This document shows positions 47,201-56,204 of a stretch of DNA of 64,000 nt, piece by piece. The notes below the pieces were generated by a model. The model was not told the origin of the DNA. It saw only the letters and a program-made list of their open reading frames with translations, and did no database searches. The DNA is taken from assembly GCA_035281225.1 (NCBI GenBank), contig DATEEI010000097.1, positions 16,496 to 80,495 on the forward strand, in the 5' to 3' direction. How positions within the stretch are numbered: position 1 is the stretch's first letter; the number at the start of each line of letters is the position of its first letter. The position numbers were made by a program, and so were the translations under genes. The DNA is from Vicinamibacterales bacterium (GTDB lineage Bacteria > Acidobacteriota > Vicinamibacteria > Vicinamibacterales > JAMQPK01).

Positions 47201-47573
47201 CGTCTTCGGTGACCACGAGGTTGCTGGGCTTGATGTCGCGATGCACGACACCCTGCGAATGCGCCTTCGCCAATCCTTCGGCGATCTCCGCGGCGATCTC
47301 GACCGCCTCCGCGGCAGCCAGAGGGCCCTGCTCGAGCTTCTGCTTCAGCGTCGGCCCGTCATAGTGGGCCATCACGATGAACAGCTGTCCGTCCGCGGTC
47401 TGCTCGACGTCGTGAATGATGCAGATATTCCGGTGATTCGTCGCAGAGGCGGCTTGCGCCTCCCGAAGGAACCGCTGCTTGGCGCCGGCGTCGTGGCACC
47501 ACTGCGGTGGCAGAAATTTGAGGGCGACGGCGCGCTCGAGCTTCGTGTCGCGCGCCAGATACACGACTCCCAT
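44274..47573 (-). CDS. membrane Ser/Thr protein kinase with extracytoplasmic domain and TPR repeats
   Basis: HRDIKPSNLVV, DFGLAKL, YMSPEQ; a single TM helix MAVVVAATVLAIGAAAGYLWLA; then a TolB_N-like segment and more than 10 TPR-like repeats. The ATG at 47573 falls inside the Gly-loop (..GGGG-MGVVY), so the true start must be upstream (see findings). Confidence 0.88.
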   Translation of the reverse strand: MGVVYLARDTKLERAVALKFLPPQWCHDAGAKQRFLREAQAASATNHRNICIIHDVEQTADGQLFIVMAHYDGPTLKQKLEQGPLAAAEAVEIAAEIAEGLAKAHSQGVVHRDIKPSNLVVTEDGVKILDFGLAKLADAALKLTLEGSTIGTVAYMSPEQARGEEADERSDIWALGVVLYEMLTGGGPFKGSYPEAVFYAIKNEEPAPLDDTVPDLPEGIVPIVRRALAKDPAERYQNARDLCRALRHLQGRSMPLDMRTEAVLVEGGGQREEGRGQREEGRGKRGEGRGERAEGRIRRGSRTMAVVVAATVLAIGAAAGYLWLARPLPRTPIAIVPVANHTGERALDAYRLTLTQSLIGELRDSPNLRVTTYSRLLEALRGYLLGAGDISGRDAIQAIARDARVRFLIVPALEYRDGAWVAEAEVRNVETGTNIATVRTDSITSALPQETAQRLMVALASRIQAQFKLNWPHRPPTTNAEAARFPTLEAARAFEEGSNAYEQLEYGTARAAFMRAVELDGQRVLSYIWLSKTSLLLGDLKGAEAAARAGSQLVGAHTPRSSAVLAAAVLAESQNNLTSAEHFYRELSGLHTDDPSLQIELADFLKRQNRNEPAVEAYHRVLAVDPEYRRVHVDLCQLYAFLDDYPLSERHAQIALRAFRTSGNRGGEAQALLCHADALLQQRNLKAGRAEIETAHEIFRSLGYPYGLARIHQYLGLAAAREPNYPAAAQSFQEALSRGVQVGNRRLEGVALMNLGVAQEAMGRTSEAVAYYERSRDVYRQIGNERRAAELEVTAVNLQIVLGLDPAEVTHRLTNALATFRKLGYADFEVFAMQVQGESEAASGRLAEARRILQKATSIATERDLKNRLTLLRVTTADVAVLQSDYEGARTILVDALASDSSVPEVHITLGRVLVRLGDFDGAKQHLEQALAQVESTGAMRLAPQLYESFGELSLESGSPDAARTHFQHAVASAVRDVPGAATLVAQCYLGVESAALRSFHKAHVRAECALQRARKEFQERQYAKVLRTLELGSVTVGPELNAQAHYWRGLALARRGETIAAATERSSATKLIAQIRSSLSEQYRSRFVSRATIRPLVE
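46691..46781. repeat. 13 tandem heptads CCCTCTN inside the kinase CDS
   Basis: cctctgc cctctcc x3 cctcttc x3 cctctgc cctcttc x2 cctctgc cctcccc cctccac. Translated on the minus strand as GGGQREEGRGQREEGRGKRGEGRGERAEGR. Confidence 0.9.
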
Positions 47574-47740
47574 ACCGCCGCCGCCAAGTCTGGCGTCGAT
47601 GCGGTACTGCGCGATGGTGGTGCCGATTAGCGGGTCGTGAGGACTGTGGTGCAGGAGCGGTAGCCTAACACAGAGCTTGCCTTGCCGAATGTTGGAGGTA
47701 TGATCGCCGTTTATCCCTGACTTTCGGAGGACTCACGTCT

Positions 47741-49837
47741 ATGAAGGTCTATGATGCGGCGAACATCCGGAATGTCGCGCTGGTCGGCCATAGCGGTTCC
47801 GGAAAAACCCAACTGGCGTCGGCCGCCCTCTTCGACGCCGGCGCGGTCAACCGCCTCGGCAAGGTGGACGAGGGCACTACGGTCACTGACTTCGACGAAG
47901 AGGAAATCGCCCGCAAGCACACGCTCTCCGCCAGCCTCGCCTACGCCGAGTGGAACAAGACCAAAATCAACATCATCGATACGCCCGGTATCGCGAGCTT
48001 TCTCGCCGACTCGCGCGCGGCGCTCCGCGTGGCCGATGCGGCGATCGTGGTCGTCGATGGCGTCTCCGGCGTTCAGGTGCAGACCGAAAAGGCCTGGCAG
48101 GCCGCAGAGGAGTTCGGGCTTCCGCGCCTTGTCGTGGTGAACCGGCTCGATCGCGAGCGCGCGAGCCTCGAACGGACGCTGGCCTCCATCCACGGCACGT
48201 TGAGCCGCACGGTCATTCCCATTCAACTCCCCATCGGTGAGGAGAAAGCGTTTCGCGGGGTCGTTGATCTCATCGCGCAGAAGGCATACGTGTATCAGGC
48301 GGACGGCAGCGGCAAACTTGCTGAATCAGCCATCCCCGCGGACATGGCCGACGCCGCCGCATCGGCGCGCGAGGCGCTGATCGAAATGGTCGCGGAAGCC
48401 GATGAGTCGCTCATGGAACAGTTTTTCGAGGCCGGGACCTTGACGCAGGAACAGCTCGTATCGGGTCTGCGGAGCGCCACGGCCTCGGGAAAGACGTTTC
48501 CCCTGCTCTGTACCTCCTCCGGCCTGAACGTCGGCGTCCAGCCGCTGCTAGACGCGATCGTCGGCTACGTACCCTCGCCGGCGGAGCGTCCGATTAGGAT
48601 CCTCGATCCCAAGACAGGAGAGGAAACCGAACGGCCGGTCTCGGAGACCGGTCCGGCGTCGGCGTTCGTGTGGAAGACGATCGCGGATCCGTTCGCCGGC
48701 CGCATCACGCTCTTCCGTGTCATGTCAGGCGTGCTCAAAACCGATTCTACGGTTCACAACAAGACGCGCGACACGACGGAGCGGCTCAGCCACGTCGTGC
48801 TGCTTCAGGGCAAGACCCAGACAAACGTGCCGGAACTGCGGGCTGGCGACCTCGGTGCGGTTCCCAAACTGAAAGATACGCTGACCAACGACACCCTCGG
48901 CGACAAATCCGACTCGACGATCTTTCCGGCGCTGAAATTTCCTGAGCCGGTCCTGTCCTATGCCATCGAGCCGAAGAGCCGCGGCGACGAAGACAAGATC
49001 AGCACGTCGATGCACCGCCTCGAAGAAGAAGATCCGTCCATCGGCTACAGCCGCGATCCGCAGACCAAAGAGCTGCTGCTTTCAGGTCAGGGGCAGCTGC
49101 ACATCGAGGTGACCGTCGCGAAGCTCAAGCGCCGGTTCGGCGTCGACGTCAACCTCAAGCCGCCGCGCATTCCATATCGCGAGACCATCAAGGCCGCGAC
49201 CGAAGCGCACGGCCGGCACAAGAAGCAGACGGGCGGCCACGGCCAGTTCGGCGACTGCAAGATCAAGGTCGAGCCTCTGCCGCGCGGCACCGATTTCGAA
49301 TTCGTCGACGACATCTTCGGAGGATCAATACCGCGACAGTTCATCCCGGCCGTCGAAAAAGGGATCCAGGACGCGCGCGTGCGCGGGTACCTCGCGGGCT
49401 ACCCAATGGTCGACTTCCGCGTGACGGTGTTCGACGGGTCGTATCACGACGTCGACTCCAACGAGCTTTCGTTCAAGCTCGCGGGCTCACTCGCGTTCAA
49501 GGATGCCATGACGCGCGCCCGCCCCACCATTCTCGAGCCCATCATGCACGTGGACGTCTACGCGCCCTCAGATTTCGCGGGCGATCTCATGGGCGATCTC
49601 AACGGGCGGCGCGGCCGCATCGGCGGAATGGATACGCGCGGCGCGACGACCGTCATCAAGGCCCAGGTGCCAATGGCAGAGATGCTCACGTACGAGCAGC
49701 ATCTGACATCGGCGACCGGCGGCCGCGGGAGCTACCACATGGAATTCTCACACTATGAGGAAGTGCCCTCGCCACTCCAACCGAAGATCATTGCGGCGAG
49801 CAAGGCCGAGCGGGGAGCGGTGCAGGAAGCGGAATAG
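47741..49837 (+). CDS. elongation factor G paralog (EF-G2-like)
   Basis: 698 aa with full EF-G domain order, but a G1 motif VALVGHSGSGKT instead of AHIDAGKTT. DTPG and NRLD are present. Not located in a str operon. Confidence 0.88.
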   Translation: MKVYDAANIRNVALVGHSGSGKTQLASAALFDAGAVNRLGKVDEGTTVTDFDEEEIARKHTLSASLAYAEWNKTKINIIDTPGIASFLADSRAALRVADAAIVVVDGVSGVQVQTEKAWQAAEEFGLPRLVVVNRLDRERASLERTLASIHGTLSRTVIPIQLPIGEEKAFRGVVDLIAQKAYVYQADGSGKLAESAIPADMADAAASAREALIEMVAEADESLMEQFFEAGTLTQEQLVSGLRSATASGKTFPLLCTSSGLNVGVQPLLDAIVGYVPSPAERPIRILDPKTGEETERPVSETGPASAFVWKTIADPFAGRITLFRVMSGVLKTDSTVHNKTRDTTERLSHVVLLQGKTQTNVPELRAGDLGAVPKLKDTLTNDTLGDKSDSTIFPALKFPEPVLSYAIEPKSRGDEDKISTSMHRLEEEDPSIGYSRDPQTKELLLSGQGQLHIEVTVAKLKRRFGVDVNLKPPRIPYRETIKAATEAHGRHKKQTGGHGQFGDCKIKVEPLPRGTDFEFVDDIFGGSIPRQFIPAVEKGIQDARVRGYLAGYPMVDFRVTVFDGSYHDVDSNELSFKLAGSLAFKDAMTRARPTILEPIMHVDVYAPSDFAGDLMGDLNGRRGRIGGMDTRGATTVIKAQVPMAEMLTYEQHLTSATGGRGSYHMEFSHYEEVPSPLQPKIIAASKAERGAVQEAE

Positions 49838-49838
49838 G

Positions 49839-49865
49839 GAAGGGCAAACACGACGTTTACCCTTC
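49839..49865. terminator. hairpin between the convergent EF-G paralog and rplQ genes
   Basis: gaagggcaaac-acgac-gtttacccttc, 10/11 bp stem starting 2 nt after the EF-G stop. No U-tract on either strand, so terminator function is uncertain. Confidence 0.4.
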
Positions 49866-49897
49866 GCCCCTCCCTTGCCCCTGATGGGATACGAGCT

Positions 49898-50488
49898 CTA
49901 GCCTGCCTTCTGCGGCGTGGTGCGCTTGGCGCTTCGCCCCTTCGTCTGGGCGGCGCGCGACGATTTCTTGCTGCCGGGATCGGCATCCTCGGAGCTCTTG
50001 CCACGCAGGCGATCCGCCGCCGCGCGGAGACGCCCGCCGACACCGGACTTCGGCTTGGGAGCCGCTGCCGCCTTCGTGTCTTTCGGCGCCGCCTTCGGAT
50101 CGTACTCGCTGCCGACGAGCTCGAGCTGCGCGAGCTCGGCACTGTCGCCGCGGCGGAAGCCGAGGCGCAGGATTCTCGTGTAACCGCCCGGCCGCTCGGC
50201 AAACCGCGGCGCGATGGTCTCGAACAGCTTACCGACTACGTCGCGATCGGCGAGCTCACGCGCGACAAGACGGCGCGCGTGGAGCATCTTGCCGTTGGTC
50301 TCGCCGCCAGCCAGGCCTCGCTTGGCGACCGTGATCAGCCGCTCGACGAACGGCCTCAACTCCTTGGCCTTCGGCACGGTGGTTTCGATATGCTCGTAGC
50401 GGATCAGCGCCGTCGCCTGATTGCGCAGCATGGCAACCCGGTGCTCGGTGACCCGCCCCAGTTTTCGATGTGCAACTCTATGACGCAT
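49898..50488 (-). CDS. rplQ: 50S ribosomal protein L17
   Basis: [53 protein letters not shown]. 196 aa, including a ~75-aa K/A/P-rich C-terminal tail. Confidence 0.95.
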   Translation of the reverse strand: MRHRVAHRKLGRVTEHRVAMLRNQATALIRYEHIETTVPKAKELRPFVERLITVAKRGLAGGETNGKMLHARRLVARELADRDVVGKLFETIAPRFAERPGGYTRILRLGFRRGDSAELAQLELVGSEYDPKAAPKDTKAAAAPKPKSGVGGRLRAAADRLRGKSSEDADPGSKKSSRAAQTKGRSAKRTTPQKAG

Positions 50489-50506
50489 GGTGTTCTCTCA
50501 ACGTGA

Positions 50507-51493
50507 CTATTCGGCCCGATTCGCAGCCGGCTGATCGATCCGCATGCCCAGGCTCAGGCCCATGCTGGTCAGGATCTCCTTGATCTCGTTCAGCGACTTG
50601 CGGCCGAAGTTCTTCGTCTTCAGCATCTCGCCTTCGGTCTTCTGCACGAGCTCACGGATGGTCCTGATGTTGGCGTTCTTCAGACAGTTATACGACCGGA
50701 CCGAGAGCTCCAGCTCTTCGACGCTCTTGTCGAGATTCTCGTTGAGCGATCCCGTCTGCTGCTGCTCGGCCTGCGCGTCGGTCTGATCGTCGGCCGATTC
50801 TTCCAGGTTGATGAAAATATTCAAATGGTCGCGCACGAGCTTCGCCGACAGCGAGATCGCGTCGCGCGGTGTAACCGATCCGTTGGTCCAGATATCGACA
50901 GTGAGCTTGTCGTAGTCGGTGGTCTGGCCGAGGCGTGCCGCCTCGACGAGGTAGTTCACCTTCTTCACGGGCGAGTGCACCGAGTCGATCGGGATCCAGC
51001 CGATGCCGAGATCCTCGTCGAAGTTCTTGTCGGCCGAGATGTAGCCGCGGCCGCGCTTCAGCCGCATCTCCATGTTGAGCTTGCCGCCTTCGGACACGGT
51101 CGCGATCTTGGCGTCCGGCTCCAGAATCTCCACGTCGCCGTCGGTCTGAATGTCGCGCGCCTTGACTTCGCCCGCCTTCTCGACGCGCAGATACAGCGTC
51201 TTCGTTGTATCGGTGTGCATCTTCAGCGGCACCTGCTTCAGGTTGAGGATGATGTCGGTCGCATCCTCGACCACGCCCGGAATGGGCGAAAACTCATGCA
51301 GCACGCCGTCGATCTTCACGGCGGTAATCGCCGCACCCTCGATGGAGGAGAGCAGCACGCGCCGCAGCGCGTTGCCGATGGTGGTGCCGAACCCGCGCTC
51401 GAATGGCTGGGCGTAGAACCGCCCGAAGCGATCCGTTAACGTTTCACGCTCTAACTCGAGCCGCTTCGGACGCTGAAAACCTTTCCACAACAT
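50507..51493 (-). CDS. rpoA: DNA-directed RNA polymerase alpha subunit
   Basis: 328 aa with NTD and CTD (..[24 protein letters not shown]..). Alpha operon position. Confidence 0.96.
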   Translation of the reverse strand: MLWKGFQRPKRLELERETLTDRFGRFYAQPFERGFGTTIGNALRRVLLSSIEGAAITAVKIDGVLHEFSPIPGVVEDATDIILNLKQVPLKMHTDTTKTLYLRVEKAGEVKARDIQTDGDVEILEPDAKIATVSEGGKLNMEMRLKRGRGYISADKNFDEDLGIGWIPIDSVHSPVKKVNYLVEAARLGQTTDYDKLTVDIWTNGSVTPRDAISLSAKLVRDHLNIFINLEESADDQTDAQAEQQQTGSLNENLDKSVEELELSVRSYNCLKNANIRTIRELVQKTEGEMLKTKNFGRKSLNEIKEILTSMGLSLGMRIDQPAANRAE

Positions 51494-51609
51494 GTCGTAT
51501 GTCCTTCCCTACCGGCCTTGCGGCCTCAGACCTGCAAGTGTGATCACCGGCCTCCCACCGCAGGTCTGTAAGGCTGCGGGCCAGTGACTGGGTAAAGGGG
51601 TCTGACCCC

Positions 51610-52239
51610 TTATTTACTGTACAACTCCACGATGAGCTGCTCCTGCACGGGCAGATTGATCTGCTCGCGCGTCGGCAGCGAGGCGACTTTGCCCGAGAGC
51701 CCGTTCGGATCGAACGACAGCCACTCCGGAATGCCGCGGCCTTTCACTTCTTCAATCGCGTGCTGAATCGTCGGCGCCTGCCGGCTCGACTCGCGCACCG
51801 TGACGACATCACCTACACGGACCGAATAGGACGGCACGTCGACTTTCCGGCCGTTCACGAGGAAGTGGCCGTGCCGGACGAGCTGACGCGCCTGCGGCCG
51901 CGACGTCGCGAGGCCCAGCCGATAGGTAACGTTGTCCAGCCGGCGCTCGAGCAGCTGCAACAGCGTCTCGCCCGTGATGCCGCGCTGCCGTTCAGCCGAC
52001 TCGAAGTAGCGTCGGAACTGATCTTCGAGAACGCCATAGATGCGCTTGACCTTCTGCTTCTCACGAAGCTGAACGCCGTAGCCGACCATCTTGGCCTTCC
52101 GCGTCTTGCCGTGCTGCCCTGGCGGGAAATTGCGCTTCTCGATCGCGCACTTCTCCGTGTAACAGCGCTCTCCCTTGAGGAAGAGCTTCATGCCTTCTCG
52201 CCGGCAGAGCCGGCACACCGGACCTACGTATCGTGCCAT
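51610..52239 (-). CDS. rpsD: 30S ribosomal protein S4
   Basis: [26 protein letters not shown].., 209 aa. Confidence 0.96.
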   Translation of the reverse strand: MARYVGPVCRLCRREGMKLFLKGERCYTEKCAIEKRNFPPGQHGKTRKAKMVGYGVQLREKQKVKRIYGVLEDQFRRYFESAERQRGITGETLLQLLERRLDNVTYRLGLATSRPQARQLVRHGHFLVNGRKVDVPSYSVRVGDVVTVRESSRQAPTIQHAIEEVKGRGIPEWLSFDPNGLSGKVASLPTREQINLPVQEQLIVELYSK

Positions 52240-52250
52240 TAATTGATCCT

Positions 52251-52285
52251 TCTCAGCTTCCAGCTGCCAGCTCTCAGCTGCCAGT
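52251..52285. repeat. heptad array tctcagc ttccagc tgccagc tctcagc tgccagt (rpsK-rpsD spacer)
   Basis: Read directly; 5 units with a 7-bp period. Confidence 0.85.
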
Positions 52286-52294
52286 GGAATTTAG

Positions 52295-52738
52295 TTATAC
52301 GCGTCGCCTCTTCGGCGGCCGGCAGCCATTGTGCGGAATCGGCGTGACGTCGCGAATCGACTTCACCTCAATGCCGATCGTCTGCAGCGCCCTGATCGCC
52401 GACTCGCGGCCTGAACCCGGGCCCTTCACGCGCACTTCAACCGAGCGCAGCCCCACCGTCTTCGCAACGTTGCCGGCAGCAATCGCGGCCTGGGTCGCGG
52501 CGAACGGCGTGCCCTTCCGCGAGCCCTTGAAGCCGACGCCGCCCGCGCTCGACCAGGCAATCACGTTCCCTTCGATGTCGGTGATCGTGATCATCGTGTT
52601 GTTGAACGACGCGTGGATGTGCGCGTAGCCGGTGTGCACGATCCGCTTCTCGCCACGCTTCTTGAACGTCTTGCGTGGCTTCTTCGCGCCCTTTTCGCCT
52701 TTTTCCGGTGCGGCGCCTTCTGCGTCAGTCTTGGCCAT
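52295..52738 (-). CDS. rpsK: 30S ribosomal protein S11
   Basis: ..[45 protein letters not shown].. 147 aa with a K/E-rich N-terminal extension. Confidence 0.96.
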   Translation of the reverse strand: MAKTDAEGAAPEKGEKGAKKPRKTFKKRGEKRIVHTGYAHIHASFNNTMITITDIEGNVIAWSSAGGVGFKGSRKGTPFAATQAAIAAGNVAKTVGLRSVEVRVKGPGSGRESAIRALQTIGIEVKSIRDVTPIPHNGCRPPKRRRV

Positions 52739-52753
52739 CTGTTTCTTCGCTCC

Positions 52754-52830
52754 TAGCTACCAGCTACGAGCCACCAGCTACCAGCAGGTTCCAGCGAAAA
52801 CTGGAAGCTGGCAGCTGAAAGCTGGCAGCT
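52754..52830. repeat. heptad arrays tagctac cagctac gagccac cagctac cagcagg, then the inverted ctggaag ctggcag ctgaaag ctggcag (rpsM-rpsK spacer)
   Basis: Read directly. Central perfect hairpin ttccag-cgaaaa-ctggaa at 52789-52806. Confidence 0.85.
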
Positions 52831-53203
52831 ATTCAACCTTCTTCTTCGCGACCGCGCCCTTGCGCGGTCCTTTGCGCGTCCGTGCGTTGGTGCGCGTGCG
52901 CTGGCCGCGGACCGGCAGCGCTCGGCGGTGACGCCCGCCGCGGTAGCTGCCGATTTCCATCAGCCGCTTGATGTTCAGCGAAATCTCCTTCCGGAGGTCG
53001 CCTTCGACGCCGCCCTGCTCCTCGAGCACGCGGCTGATCTTGCGTACGTCGTCCTCGGACAGATCCTTCACGCGGATGTCAGGACTGACCCCCGCCTCCG
53101 TGAGAACCTTGTTCGATCGGTGCCGCCCGATACCGTAAATGTAGGTGAGGCCGATTTCGACCCGCTTCGTGCGCGGGAGATCGACTCCAGCAATTCTCGC
53201 CAT
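52829..53203 (-). CDS. rpsM: 30S ribosomal protein S13
   Basis: [26 protein letters not shown].., 124 aa. Confidence 0.96.
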   Translation of the reverse strand: MARIAGVDLPRTKRVEIGLTYIYGIGRHRSNKVLTEAGVSPDIRVKDLSEDDVRKISRVLEEQGGVEGDLRKEISLNIKRLMEIGSYRGGRHRRALPVRGQRTRTNARTRKGPRKGAVAKKKVE

Positions 53204-53213
53204 AACTCTTTGT

Positions 53214-53255
53214 CCTCGACTGTCGACTGTCGACTACCGACTGCCGACTGTTAAC
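53214..53255. repeat. heptad array cctcgac tgtcgac tgtcgac taccgac tgccgac tgttaac (rpmJ-rpsM spacer)
   Basis: Read directly. The last unit contains the rpmJ stop codon (53251-53253). Confidence 0.85.
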
Positions 53256-53364
53256 CCTGCCTCTGCTTGTGTTTCTGGTTCGAGCAGATTACGCGAACCA
53301 CTCCGCGCCGGCGGACGATCTTGCACTTATCGCAGATGCGCTTGACTGACGCTCGTACCTTCAT
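53251..53364 (-). CDS. rpmJ: 50S ribosomal protein L36
   Basis: Not in the ORF track (37 aa). Manual translation gives [37 protein letters not shown], with the CxxC..C..H zinc ribbon. The 5' 38 nt overlap the map 3' end. Confidence 0.92.
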   Translation of the reverse strand: MKVRASVKRICDKCKIVRRRGVVRVICSNQKHKQRQG

Positions 53365-54139
53365 TGTCTCGTTCCTTCGCTGGCGCGCGCTGCAGAAGAG
53401 AGAGCACATCTGCACCGTCCGCCGTTACTGCAACCGTGTGCTCGAAATGGGCCGACAGGCTGCGATCCGACGTGATCGCGGTCCATCCGTCCTTCAGCAC
53501 CTTGACGCCGGCTTCTCCCAGGTTGACCATCGGCTCAATCGCGAGCACCATGCCTTCAGCCAGCCGCGGGCCGCGCCCCGGGTCCCCATAGTTCGGAATC
53601 TGCGGTTCTTCATGCAACTCGGCGCCGATGCCGTGTCCCACGAACTCACGCACCACCGAAAACCCAAACTTCTCCACGTGGCTTTGAACCGCGTGGCCGA
53701 GGTCGGACACACGCGCTCCTGGTCGAACCACTTCGATCGCCTTCCACAGCGCCTCTTCCGTTACGCGAAGCAAATCGGCTGCCTTCGGCGAAATACTGCC
53801 AATCCCAACCGTCACCGCAGAGTCTCCAAAAAACCCGCCCATCTTTGCGCCCAGGTCGATCGAGATGATGTCACCCTCGCGCAACGCGACCTTCGCCGAC
53901 GGGATTCCGTGCACGACCTGCTCATTCACCGACGCACAAATCGTCGCGGGGTATCCTTTGTAGCCCTTGAACGCAGGCACCGCACCACCTGCGACAATCC
54001 CTCGCTCGGCCAGCGCATCGAGATCTTCCGTCGTCACCCCAGGTGCCGCCGCCTCGCGCAGCTGTTCGAGCACGTGACCGACGAGCTGATTCACCTCACG
54101 CAGACGCTTTAGCTCAGCGGCCGATCGACAGACGATCAC
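53327..54139 (-). CDS. map: type I methionine aminopeptidase
   Basis: 270 aa. ..[10 protein letters not shown].. and metal ligands (D..D..H..E..E pattern). 4-bp overlap with adk. Confidence 0.94.
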   Translation of the reverse strand: MIVCRSAAELKRLREVNQLVGHVLEQLREAAAPGVTTEDLDALAERGIVAGGAVPAFKGYKGYPATICASVNEQVVHGIPSAKVALREGDIISIDLGAKMGGFFGDSAVTVGIGSISPKAADLLRVTEEALWKAIEVVRPGARVSDLGHAVQSHVEKFGFSVVREFVGHGIGAELHEEPQIPNYGDPGRGPRLAEGMVLAIEPMVNLGEAGVKVLKDGWTAITSDRSLSAHFEHTVAVTADGADVLSLLQRAPAKERDNEGTSVSQAHLR

Positions 54140-54801
54140 GGCCGCCGTCCCGACGCAACCGGGACCATAGCATCGATGCCTGCCGCCAGATCAGCCGCAA
54201 CCCGATCCGGTGCCTGCGCGCCGTTGATCGATCGAAACGTTGGGCGCCCGCGATAGTAATCCAGCAGCGGCTTACTCTCCCGCGCGTACACCTCGAGCCG
54301 GTGCTGCCTCACGTGCTCGTCTCCGTCGTCCGCGCGGGTGATCATGCGTCCCCCACAGCGCTCGCACTTTTCCCTGTCGATCGAGTCTGGCTCGGCAATC
54401 GACGCGCATTGACTGCACACGCGGCGCCCTTCCATCCGGTGCAACAGCTCCTCATCGGGCACTGCCAAATCGACGATGACCAGCGGCACTCCCTGCAACA
54501 TGCGGTCGAGGGCCTGCGCCTGAGGAACCGTCCGGGGGAACCCGTCGAGGATGTAGCCCCTGGCGGTATCCGGGCGCTCCAGCCGCTCCTTCACGATGCC
54601 GACCATCTCGTCGTCCCCAAGCAGCTCTCCACGATCCATCAGCGCTTTGGCTCGCAAGCCAAGCTCGCTGCCTCCGGCAGCTGCCTCGCGCAGGATGTCG
54701 CCGGTCGAGATCTTCGGGATGCTTCTCGCCAGTGCCAGTCGAACGGCCTGCGTACCCTTACCCGACGCGGGCGGTCCCAACATGACCACATTGAGCGCCA
54801 T
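54136..54801 (-). CDS. adk: adenylate kinase (zinc-lid type)
   Basis: GPPASGKGTQA P-loop. Lid CSQC..CERCGG. 221 aa. Confidence 0.95.
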   Translation of the reverse strand: MALNVVMLGPPASGKGTQAVRLALARSIPKISTGDILREAAAGGSELGLRAKALMDRGELLGDDEMVGIVKERLERPDTARGYILDGFPRTVPQAQALDRMLQGVPLVIVDLAVPDEELLHRMEGRRVCSQCASIAEPDSIDREKCERCGGRMITRADDGDEHVRQHRLEVYARESKPLLDYYRGRPTFRSINGAQAPDRVAADLAAGIDAMVPVASGRRP

Positions 54802-56199
54802 CTATGCGCGCCGTCCACGGATCCGAGTCTTCTTCATGAAGCCGTCATAGTGCCTCATGATGAGCTGCGATTCGACCTGCTGAATCGTGTCCATCGCGAC
54901 GCCGACGATGATGAGCAGCGTGGTACCGCCGAAGATGAACGTGACACCCATGCCTTCGGTGATGAACCTCGGCAGAATGGCATCGAGTCGTTCGCCGATA
55001 AAAGGAATCGGCGCGACGCGGAAGCCGGTAATCAGAAAGTCCGGCAGAATCGCGATCAACGCGAGGTACACGGCGCCGGCCAGCGTGATGCGCGTCAGGA
55101 TCGTATCGATGTACTCGGCGGTCCGCTTGCCCGGCCGGATTCCCGGCACGAACCCACCGTACTTCCTCATGTTTTCAGCCACATCATCGGGATTGAAGAT
55201 GATGGCGGTGTAGAAATACGCGAAGAAGATGATCAGCGTGATGTAGAGCAGGACGTAGAGCGGCATGCCCATCTGCAGCTGATCGGTCACACGCATAATC
55301 CAGTGACCCGGATCGCTCGCGAACATCTGCCCAATCGTTGCCGGAAACGCCAGAATCGACGACGCAAAGATGACGGGGATGACGCCGCCGGTATTCACCT
55401 TCAGCGGAATGTGGGTGCTGGCCCCTCCGTACATCCGGCGTCCGACCACCCGCTTGGCATACTGCACCGTGATCCGCCGGCTCCCGCGCTCCACGAAAAT
55501 AATCGCCGCCACGACCAGTACCATCACCGCGAGCAGCAGGATGAGCCGGATCAGCCCCATCTGGCCCGTTCTCAGCTGATCGAACGTGGTAATCACGGCT
55601 GTCGGCAGGCCGACCACGATACCCGCATAAATAATGAGGGACATGCCGTTGCCGATGCCCCGCTCGGTGATCTGCTCGCCGAGCCACATGATGAGCGTCG
55701 TGCCTGTCGTCAGCGTCAGCACCGTGAGGAGACGGAATCCCCAGCCGGGGTTATAGACGAGCGGCAACCCGCCGGCAATCTCTGTCGAGCGCTCCAGCCA
55801 GATCGCAATGCTCAGTGCCTGTACGACGCTGAGCAGGATGGTGCCGTATCGCGTGTACTGCGTGATCTTCCGGCGTCCGAGCTCGCCTTCGTTCTTGATG
55901 CGTTCGAGGTACGGCCAGACCACAGTCAGCAGCTGCAGGATGATCGACGCGCTGATATACGGCATGATGCCGAGCGCGAAGATCGTCATCCTCGAGAGGT
56001 TCTGTCCCGAGAACATGTCGTAGAGACCGAACATCGTGCTGCGCGCCTGCTCGGCCAACTGGGCGAGCGCCGCCGTGTTCACGCCGGGGGTCGGAATGTG
56101 ACCACCGATGCGATACACGATGAGCAGTGCAAGCGTGAAGAGCACGCGCTTGCGGAGCTCGGCGATGGCGAACAGGTTCTTGACGCTGTCGATAGCCAT
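54802..56199 (-). CDS. secY: preprotein translocase subunit SecY
   Basis: 465 aa with 10 TM helices. Typical ..GIMPYISASIILQLL.. and spc operon position. Confidence 0.96.
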   Translation of the reverse strand: MAIDSVKNLFAIAELRKRVLFTLALLIVYRIGGHIPTPGVNTAALAQLAEQARSTMFGLYDMFSGQNLSRMTIFALGIMPYISASIILQLLTVVWPYLERIKNEGELGRRKITQYTRYGTILLSVVQALSIAIWLERSTEIAGGLPLVYNPGWGFRLLTVLTLTTGTTLIMWLGEQITERGIGNGMSLIIYAGIVVGLPTAVITTFDQLRTGQMGLIRLILLLAVMVLVVAAIIFVERGSRRITVQYAKRVVGRRMYGGASTHIPLKVNTGGVIPVIFASSILAFPATIGQMFASDPGHWIMRVTDQLQMGMPLYVLLYITLIIFFAYFYTAIIFNPDDVAENMRKYGGFVPGIRPGKRTAEYIDTILTRITLAGAVYLALIAILPDFLITGFRVAPIPFIGERLDAILPRFITEGMGVTFIFGGTTLLIIVGVAMDTIQQVESQLIMRHYDGFMKKTRIRGRRA

Positions 56200-56204
56200 G
56201 TTTC

